Virus record (IMG/VR): IMGVR_UViG_3300032240_001244
Location: 23,182 to 87,181 of that record
Length of the DNA stretch: 64,000 nt
DNA from: a virus
Strand: one strand, 5' to 3'
The notes beneath the pieces were generated by a model, which had not been told where the DNA came from, did no database searches, and saw nothing but the letters and a program-made list of their open reading frames with translations. Position numbers and translations under genes: made by a program. Each line of letters begins with the position of its first letter. Positions within the stretch are counted from its first letter, which is position 1. Below are positions 57,259 through 64,000 of the stretch, in pieces.

Positions 57259-57689
57259 TTATTAAATTCTAATTCTGAATCTAAGTCCCACTCTTTCATT
57301 GGTCTCAAAAGGGATAGATCAAATTCAGCCTCAGCTATATCCCAGTTATCATTCTCGTCACACATCTTAAAAAATAAATATTCACCACATATATAAATAC
57401 CTTCTGAATAAGGATTGAATGTACAGTCCTCATCAAACATGGATTCTTCTGAATCAGTATACACGACTAACTCTGCTTCTACAGGATACTTTACCTTGAT
57501 ACCGATACCTTCCGAGTTCCTACTGTCTTCACTTGTGGTGAATTCTATGTACTTTTTAATCTGAGATACGTCATAGTCACTTAGAACTATCACTACGCCT
57601 TTAGGTCTGTAACTCCATGAGTCTTCCTTAGATAGATACGGAGTTTCAAGTATAGCGTAGAAATACTTAGGTTCCTTTCTTCTTCCCAT
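57246..57689 (-). CDS. hypothetical protein
   Basis: True start MGRRKEPKY at 57689. Confidence 0.62.
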   Translation of the reverse strand: MGRRKEPKYFYAILETPYLSKEDSWSYRPKGVVIVLSDYDVSQIKKYIEFTTSEDSRNSEGIGIKVKYPVEAELVVYTDSEESMFDEDCTFNPYSEGIYICGEYLFFKMCDENDNWDIAEAEFDLSLLRPMKEWDLDSELEFNNLKD

Positions 57690-57693
57690 ATTA

Positions 57694-58440
57694 CTAGGTT
57701 TCAGAATACATAAGAGATAGATACTGTTCCTTACTGAGATGATACGGAGTAGTCTTAGTAGAGTCAGGACCTTCCTTAGCAATGATGATATCACCTTGGC
57801 GATAGATCTTCTCTGGATTCTTTATGTCAATCCGGATAGTCCAAGCTATACCTTTGACAGCATCATACTCTTTATTATCATCCCACTGCCTGAACCCTGA
57901 TTTAAGAGCCTGCTCCTCAGGTACATAGATCCAATACTCACGCTGAGTAGAAGTACACCAACATCTTACTGCAATGTAATTAGTCCGAGCCCTCCACCTA
58001 GATACGTTCTGATCATCTGTATCTTTGTACAACTCATTAGGATCAATAGAGTACAACTCATACACATCCTCGAACTCATACTCATAAGGATCATTCTTCT
58101 CATCCCATCTCATCCTCTTCTTCTTGATAACCTGCTTGTCAAGTAGCTTAGGATTAGCAGCCTTGAACAATTCAATAACTCCTATACAATCGAAGTACAA
58201 CCTACGCATCTCTGCGTTCTTCTGTTCGAAGGCTTCCTTTGTGGTGATGGGAGTAATCTCATCCCACATCTCTTGCATGAACTCACCAAAGTCTTTCAAT
58301 GCTTCTGACTTGATGACTGCCCTACGAAAATGTTCATAGGATGGGAACTTTGTTTTCCATAGACGCATTGCGTGATCCAGCGTCATGTTAGGCATACCTG
58401 ATACGGTATAGCTTGCTGTCTTAAAATCGAACTGTTTCAT
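57694..58440 (-). CDS. DUF6745-like protein
   Basis: NAEMRR, V.C.CTST.REY.I.VP, A...IAWT, RQGD. Confidence 0.62.
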   Translation of the reverse strand: MKQFDFKTASYTVSGMPNMTLDHAMRLWKTKFPSYEHFRRAVIKSEALKDFGEFMQEMWDEITPITTKEAFEQKNAEMRRLYFDCIGVIELFKAANPKLLDKQVIKKKRMRWDEKNDPYEYEFEDVYELYSIDPNELYKDTDDQNVSRWRARTNYIAVRCWCTSTQREYWIYVPEEQALKSGFRQWDDNKEYDAVKGIAWTIRIDIKNPEKIYRQGDIIIAKEGPDSTKTTPYHLSKEQYLSLMYSET

Positions 58441-58458
58441 TTGCTTTTGTTTTGTGGT

Positions 58459-59124
58459 TTATAATTGAATGTTAATTTCTTTATCGTCTTCTACGTACTT
58501 GCTGTATATAAGCTCTGTTATTACATGATATGGATTACCGTCTTCATCAACACTGAGGTCTTCTCTTCTGACAGGAGCTTCATTTATCCACAAGTCCCTT
58601 ACCTCATCTAGATCATCAAACAGTTGATTAGCAATCTCTCTCAAAGCTTTAGCAGACTTACTTTCAAAATTTATATGTTCTTTCACAACAGGTCCGTTTG
58701 TTATAGACAGTCTTACTGATGCATCGATATCGTCATCATATCCTGACATATCTACCTCTATTGTATCAAACCATAGATCCTTTGGTATTGTAAGTATTAA
58801 AGGTTTCCTGAACTTGTAAGTGAATTCCTGCTGGTCTTCATATGAGTCATTACCTATGAATGCTTTTTTCTCTACATCATATACAACTTCACCGTTAGTA
58901 TTGAAGTCTCCTGCAAAAGATCCATACCCTATCTGGTCTCCTATATAATCTATAAGGTCGTAAGTCCCATCTTTTTTATTCCAATCTATATCAGTATCTT
59001 TCTCATCAACATATAGAGAGAAAGATCCCTCATCATTACCTCCTTCCCATGTGATCCTGATTTCCTTTGCTCCTTCGGATAACAGCTTAGTTAAATACTT
59101 TTTTGCTTTTTGTTTCTGTGTCAT
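58459..59124 (-). CDS. acidic protein, WEGGNDxG family (DUF6878-like), paralog 2
   Basis: I.ITWEGGNDEG, YGSFAGDF, NGPV..EH. Confidence 0.65.
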   Translation of the reverse strand: MTQKQKAKKYLTKLLSEGAKEIRITWEGGNDEGSFSLYVDEKDTDIDWNKKDGTYDLIDYIGDQIGYGSFAGDFNTNGEVVYDVEKKAFIGNDSYEDQQEFTYKFRKPLILTIPKDLWFDTIEVDMSGYDDDIDASVRLSITNGPVVKEHINFESKSAKALREIANQLFDDLDEVRDLWINEAPVRREDLSVDEDGNPYHVITELIYSKYVEDDKEINIQL

Positions 59125-59801
59125 TGTTCTTCATTTATTGTTATGTGATATGGTTGATATTCTGTATTGTTGTAAGTAAAATCTATGCTGTCAATAATAA
59201 ACACTAGACTATCTCCATCTTCTTCAAAATCATCTCTAGCTATCATCCAATCATTATACACCCATCCTATCTCTTCATTTTTACAAGCCTCGTCTGTTTC
59301 TAGAAGGTGGGATACTGACTCTCTGATATAATTCTCCATATCCTCTTCAACCTTACTATGCTCTGGAAATACTGGTCCATTGTCTATTACGAATCTGGCG
59401 CTAGCCGTGAACTCTCCCCAACAAAAAGTTCCTTCAGTAGTTATATTAAAAAAGTCAAAATTTAAAAGCTTGGGAACTTTTACCTCAATAGATATGTCCA
59501 CCAAACATCCGCCATCTGACGTGGTGTCTTTGCCCTCACCAATGAATGCTCCCTCATCTTTATTATAATATACAGCTCCATCGGCAAAGTAATCACCAGC
59601 CCAAGATCCATAGTCAATAGTATTAGCTATAATATCTATAACGTTATCAGCCAATAGATCTCCATGGTTACCCTGTTCACCATCTACATAAAGATCATAA
59701 CCTCCTGAATCATTACCTCCTTCCCAAGTTACTTTAATCTCTCTACCTTCTGCTGCTATGGCATCAAGCCTCTGTCGCAGACTTAATTGTTTGTCCTTCA
59801 T
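59121..59801 (-). CDS. acidic protein, WEGGNDxG family (DUF6878-like), paralog 1
   Basis: IKVTWEGGNDSG, YGSWAGDY, NGPV..EH. Confidence 0.65.
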   Translation of the reverse strand: MKDKQLSLRQRLDAIAAEGREIKVTWEGGNDSGGYDLYVDGEQGNHGDLLADNVIDIIANTIDYGSWAGDYFADGAVYYNKDEGAFIGEGKDTTSDGGCLVDISIEVKVPKLLNFDFFNITTEGTFCWGEFTASARFVIDNGPVFPEHSKVEEDMENYIRESVSHLLETDEACKNEEIGWVYNDWMIARDDFEEDGDSLVFIIDSIDFTYNNTEYQPYHITINEEQ

Positions 59802-60177
59802 TTTCTTTTTGTTTTAATTCTTCTAAATCTAATTCCTTTCTTACCTTCCTAGATTCATCTGCCTTCATCATCCATGGTTGGACTTGAAGATGTTTGAGCC
59901 AGTCTTCTATGGTAGGGACAAAGCCACAGTCCTCATAGATATGATCGTAGGCAATCTGTCTTACCTCTACCATCTTACCTTCTGAGTTAGTAACATAATC
60001 TCCGAAGACTTGCTCAGCTAAGAGCATCCCGAAAGAGTTATGCAAGATAGCACGATGCTTGAACATAGGCATGTTACCTTTAGTTGAATCGAACCATCTA
60101 TGAATAGCAATGTAATCTTTAATCTCGCCGCCATACTTCCTCACTGAGGATCGGGCATGCAGTAGTGGTGTACCCAT
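59764..60177 (-). CDS. His-rich DUF6915-like protein
   Basis: P..HA.SS..KYGG...DY..IH.WFDSTK......HRAILHNSFG ... H..ED.G..PT..DWL. Confidence 0.68.
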   Translation of the reverse strand: MGTPLLHARSSVRKYGGEIKDYIAIHRWFDSTKGNMPMFKHRAILHNSFGMLLAEQVFGDYVTNSEGKMVEVRQIAYDHIYEDCGFVPTIEDWLKHLQVQPWMMKADESRKVRKELDLEELKQKENEGQTIKSATEA

Positions 60178-60189
60178 TGTGATTTGTTT

Positions 60190-60474
60190 TTAATCTACAA
60201 GTTCTTTTACTTTTTCAAACCAGGCAGTTATATCTTCAACAAACTTCTTTGCCCTATCTAAAGTCTTAGAGTAAGCAAAGAACTGACAGTACTCAGAGTC
60301 AAAGTCCATACCCTCACAGTCTACATGTTTCCGAATATACTCTTCGATGTCATAGGCACTGTCAAAATCTCTGAATCTATACTGCTCAGATATAGTTCCT
60401 GTAACAGTATACTGTTCTATGTCTTCATCTAATTTAAAGATAGTAAGCCCGATTGGATAGTTAATGTCTTTCAT
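60190..60474 (-). CDS. hypothetical protein
   Basis: 94 aa ORF. Confidence 0.62.
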   Translation of the reverse strand: MKDINYPIGLTIFKLDEDIEQYTVTGTISEQYRFRDFDSAYDIEEYIRKHVDCEGMDFDSEYCQFFAYSKTLDRAKKFVEDITAWFEKVKELVD

Positions 60475-60486
60475 AATTTTTGTTTT

Positions 60487-60723
60487 TTATTTATTGTGTT
60501 CGTAAAATTCGAATAAGAATTTATATACATCAGTTATTTTGTAAGTGTCTATAATCCTCTTTGCTACATAGACAGGTACTTTTCTTCTACGATTTTCATA
60601 GCCTTGATATTGAGTTCTCTTTATTTCTATAGAGTCTGCAAACTGATGTTGAGTTAACCCAAGTTGGTTTCTTAGATTTATAAGATTTATAGCTAATCTA
60701 TTATTTACATTATTTTTTTCCAT
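60487..60723 (-). CDS. XRE-family helix-turn-helix protein
   Basis: LRNQLGLTQHQFADSIEIKRTQYQGYEN. Confidence 0.85.
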   Translation of the reverse strand: MEKNNVNNRLAINLINLRNQLGLTQHQFADSIEIKRTQYQGYENRRRKVPVYVAKRIIDTYKITDVYKFLFEFYEHNK

Positions 60724-60946
60724 CTTCTAAATTTGATAAGTTATCATAGCACATGTCAATAATATCTTCTTCATCAAACTCATCAGGACATTCCGATACC
60801 CATGTAATTATATTAGTCAAATCCCCAGTATCATTATTATAGATTTCTTCTAATGTAAACTCAAATTCTTTACCATTAGAATCTTCTATTGTACATGCAT
60901 AGTAAGTAGTTACTGCGTACTCTTCAGTTCTTGTTACTTTAAACAT
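60710..60946 (-). CDS. acidic hypothetical protein
   Basis: 78 aa ORF. Confidence 0.58.
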   Translation of the reverse strand: MFKVTRTEEYAVTTYYACTIEDSNGKEFEFTLEEIYNNDTGDLTNIITWVSECPDEFDEEDIIDMCYDNLSNLEDGKK

Positions 60947-60964
60947 AGCTTTTGTTTTTAATTG

Positions 60965-62257
60965 TTATAGAAAATATCCGAACCTCTCTTCCTTCTCTGT
61001 AAGGAATAGATTGAACAGATGGTTTTGAAATGCTCTTGAACAATCTTTAAATCCTGTCTTAAGATGTTCATTTTCTTCTATCAATGTTCTTACTATCTCT
61101 TTCCTACCTTCTTCAAACAGTCTACTTGCTAGAAGTATCTTACCTTGGAAAGCTCTACCGAGAGTAGCCATCTCTTCAAACTCTACTATCTCAATAGGAT
61201 AGTCAACATTATACTGTGTATCCTCACAGAATTTAAGACACTCCTTCAATAAGAACTCTTGCTTAGAAGTGGCATCTACCTTCTCGAATCCAACCGCATC
61301 ACCAGAGTCATCCATACCATATATCTTAATATCTGAAAAGGACCTCTTGATCTGTTGTGCCATCTCTATTGAGACAATGTAGCAAGGTCTACTATGTTGT
61401 ATATCCATAAAGTATCCTGCTACATTATCTACAATAATAACATGGTTATCAATAGCTTCTCTCCATGCAGCACTAAGCCCTGAACATCCCCATCTCCATG
61501 GAAGTCTGGCTTCCCAATGGTTATGCACCCAAGCTTCTTTCAGTATCTTTCTAGCTACGGATACATTGTTTATGTTACCAAGATACCTAGCAGTTCTATA
61601 CTCGGCAGTATGAATGCTGTCTATCAGTCTACTTTCATTGATATCATATATGCTAAGGTCATACTGATAAAGAGATGTAACACCTTTATCAAAGTACACT
61701 CTGATACCTTTACGATACAGGACAAGAGAGTTATTCTGATCTATCTGAGGAAATATCTTACCATCTGTAGCAGAGGTAACTGTGTCTTCTCTATCAAAGG
61801 TAAAATAGCTATTCCAATTATCTAACATCTCTTTTATTGATAGATCATGCTCCACATAGAATCTTGTGTATCCATTACGACCCGAAACATTATCTGTATC
61901 TGTGATAACATTATAAGCTCCTTCATCTATACTATTAGAGACCCATTCTCTGATAGCCATCCATGGTTCCCATAGTGGTCCCATGTCTGTGGTGAGTGAA
62001 GTAGGCTGACCATCTATATGAATCCTCTTGAAAGTCATATCTCTGAACCCAACATCTTCAGTTGATATGTCTATCTTCTTATCTCCTGAAAAGATATAGA
62101 ACTTGATCCCATGACGAATCAAAGTAGCTATTGCATACTTGTTACCAGAACCAAAGAATCCAATCTTACCGGAGTCATTTCTTTTAGTAGAAGCCCCCAG
62201 CAATACGAGAGATGAAATATCTAATTCACCTTTGTTCTCAATTAATAAATGTTTCAT
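60965..62257 (-). CDS. GHKL/HATPase-like protein
   Basis: LGASTK....IGFFGSGNKYA near N-terminus, later REWVSNSIDE. Confidence 0.68.
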   Translation of the reverse strand: MKHLLIENKGELDISSLVLLGASTKRNDSGKIGFFGSGNKYAIATLIRHGIKFYIFSGDKKIDISTEDVGFRDMTFKRIHIDGQPTSLTTDMGPLWEPWMAIREWVSNSIDEGAYNVITDTDNVSGRNGYTRFYVEHDLSIKEMLDNWNSYFTFDREDTVTSATDGKIFPQIDQNNSLVLYRKGIRVYFDKGVTSLYQYDLSIYDINESRLIDSIHTAEYRTARYLGNINNVSVARKILKEAWVHNHWEARLPWRWGCSGLSAAWREAIDNHVIIVDNVAGYFMDIQHSRPCYIVSIEMAQQIKRSFSDIKIYGMDDSGDAVGFEKVDATSKQEFLLKECLKFCEDTQYNVDYPIEIVEFEEMATLGRAFQGKILLASRLFEEGRKEIVRTLIEENEHLKTGFKDCSRAFQNHLFNLFLTEKEERFGYFL

Positions 62258-62314
62258 ATTTTGTTTTTGAAGTAATTTTTATGAGGCGATTGATTTTTTA
62301 GGAAACACACAGGA

Positions 62315-62659
62315 TTATCCTTTGAAGTAGATAATGATGTGGTTCTCTTTTAATACGCATCTACTAGCTTCAAACTCTAATGCAATGTTCTTAGGAAGAA
62401 CTACACTACGCAAGTCTTCTACCTTAGACATCTTAGAAGTACGTGATGTACTACGAAGCAATCCCATTTCCTTTTTAAATTTAATAACTCTTTGAGACAT
62501 AGAAGACAAAGGACGTTTGAGTTTCTTTGCAAGCCACTCAGCATTTTCTTTGTTTGTCTTCCCATTTGTTATTACTGACCTAACTAAGTCATCCTCTGCT
62601 TTTGTGTAAAAGGATACTGATGCTCCAGGTTTACGTCCTGGTTTCTTTTTGTTTGCCAT
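62315..62659 (-). CDS. basic putative DNA-binding protein
   Basis: KKKPGRKPG, YTKAED, LAKKLKRPLSS. Confidence 0.6.
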   Translation of the reverse strand: MANKKKPGRKPGASVSFYTKAEDDLVRSVITNGKTNKENAEWLAKKLKRPLSSMSQRVIKFKKEMGLLRSTSRTSKMSKVEDLRSVVLPKNIALEFEASRCVLKENHIIIYFKG

Positions 62660-62675
62660 AACATTTGTTTTGTGG

Positions 62676-63221
62676 TTAAGAAATACGTGCTATAGTTAGC
62701 ATAGGGGTGGTGTCAAAATAAGGCACGACAATATATTTACCTTGATTTGTTTTGATGCTGATATGTCTAATAGGCTTATCTTTATTAATACGAGTCTGTA
62801 TTGTCTCCTTTCTCTTACTAAAAAAACTAGAGATAGTCTTCTCAGCACCTACACCTCTTAAGGCAAAGGTCATAACTATATTCTGTTTAAACTTAATAAC
62901 AGAGTCATACAAAGTCTCTACACACCCACAGTAATCTAAATCATACACAGCATCTTTTCTATCAGGCATCGTGTTGTTGATATCACCAAAACGATACTTA
63001 GATATACTTACATCTTTAATATCTGTAAGTTGCTTCATCATAACTCTAGGATCTTTCTCCCATATCTCATCTACTTGAAACCCATTGTCCTTACACCATG
63101 ATACATATTCATTGATGTCTGGTCCGGCTAGCCCAACTATCTTAGGCTGATTGTAATGAGAGAACACAAAGTCTCTTGCGGCTTTTTTATTCTTAGCCTC
63201 TTTGTAAGATGGTTTTGTCAT
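62676..63221 (-). CDS. hypothetical protein, possibly SAM-methyltransferase-like
   Basis: VGLAGP, WEKD, GDI, YDLDYCG. Confidence 0.5.
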   Translation of the reverse strand: MTKPSYKEAKNKKAARDFVFSHYNQPKIVGLAGPDINEYVSWCKDNGFQVDEIWEKDPRVMMKQLTDIKDVSISKYRFGDINNTMPDRKDAVYDLDYCGCVETLYDSVIKFKQNIVMTFALRGVGAEKTISSFFSKRKETIQTRINKDKPIRHISIKTNQGKYIVVPYFDTTPMLTIARIS

Positions 63222-63394
63222 AACGCTATTTGTTTAATTATTAAATCGCATAGGTACCATAAGCCCAGTATTATTAAAAACAATACTATCAGTACTCTGA
63301 TACTTTTTAAAACTAGGATCAGTAATGATATTAAAATAAAGATTCCTAGTATTGTAACCGTTATTACTAGCACAGCAATTATAAAGTGTACCAT
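63218..63394 (-). CDS. small hydrophobic membrane protein
   Basis: MVHFIIAVLV... from 63394. Confidence 0.45.
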   Translation of the reverse strand: MVHFIIAVLVITVTILGIFILISLLILVLKSIRVLIVLFLIILGLWYLCDLIIKQIAL

Positions 63395-63396
63395 GA

Positions 63397-63747
63397 TTAA
63401 TCTATTATAGGAGGCGTGTTTTGATATACTGCTACAGCAGGAGGCATATCTATAATCTCTACCCATTTACCATCCCACGGTACACCGTTGATAGATTGAC
63501 TCCTACCACCTCTAACTCTAATACTAAATCCTCCTACCTCTCTTAGTCTACTGTATGTAGTTTGAGTAGACCATCCACAGGTAGTTATGAATGTCCTACC
63601 ATCTGTAGTTCTAAATGCAATCCTGTTACCAAACAAAAACATTGATGCATTACCGTTAGCATCTATTGTAACTTTAGTGTTACCTATAGAACACTTCTTT
63701 AACTGCCTGAAATTCTCTGCGGCAGACACAGCTGTTTTTCTTGCCAT
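63397..63747 (-). CDS. hypothetical phage protein
   Basis: NTKV, LFGNRIA, GWSTQTT.SRL. Confidence 0.68.
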   Translation of the reverse strand: MARKTAVSAAENFRQLKKCSIGNTKVTIDANGNASMFLFGNRIAFRTTDGRTFITTCGWSTQTTYSRLREVGGFSIRVRGGRSQSINGVPWDGKWVEIIDMPPAVAVYQNTPPIID

Positions 63748-63759
63748 TGTTTATTTGAT

Positions 63760-63855
63760 TTAAAATTTAAGAATCCTTAAGTAACTCTCATAGGCTTCCT
63801 CATATGTAAAAGCCCATATACGATATCCATCTATAACAAATAATTGTTTTTCCAT
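63760..63855 (-). CDS. very small hypothetical protein
   Basis: Read by hand: MEKQLFVIDGYRIWAFTYEEAYESYLRILKF*. Confidence 0.5.
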   Translation of the reverse strand: MEKQLFVIDGYRIWAFTYEEAYESYLRILKF

Positions 63856-64000
63856 TACTGTTTGTTTTAGCTTCTGAAATAAAGTTCACCGTTATTTTTG
63901 TAGACATACTCCTGACCATTCTCTACGATAGTCACTAGCTGTCCGTTCCTAATACCATCAGAGTAGAACTTAGCATACGGATCATCAGATGCATCTAATA

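Noticed and set aside
801-63410. Numerous short ORFs antisense to long genes in the ORF track (e.g. 2611-2961, 13018-13383, 29760-30164, 47525-47998)
   Set aside because: Fully overlap well-supported genes on the other strand and show no motifs
1-64000. CRISPR array or cas operon (Cas4-like nuclease at 15200)
   Set aside because: No regularly spaced direct repeats seen; the nuclease is a stand-alone PD-(D/E)xK type common in phages

Overview
AT-rich 64 kb segment of a large (jumbo-type) dsDNA phage genome. The host is very probably in Bacteroidota: there are several TTTG-N19-21-TAnnTTTG promoters and most genes lack a Shine-Dalgarno. The + strand (1 to ~46.6 kb) carries a replication block (two family-A DNA polymerases, gp32-like SSB, RecA/UvsX, 5'-3' exonuclease, DnaB-like helicase, class II RNR, dUTPase, ThyA, dNMP kinase), GroES/GroEL, an ~11.5 kb glycosyltransferase/methyltransferase cluster and a tandem-WYL protein. 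It also carries an RNA-rich island (~31.5-38.7 kb). That island holds a tmRNA split by a 278-nt group I intron in its T-loop, unassigned structured RNAs, two anticodon-less tRNA-like RNAs with the same acceptor stem, a tRNA(CAT, probably Ile2), an ORF enclosed by a boxA-containing 17-bp inverted repeat, and a YceI / histidine kinase / response regulator cassette. The - strand (46.6-64 kb) is a run of mostly small, early-type hypothetical genes. All family assignments come from motif recognition by eye; no database search was run.
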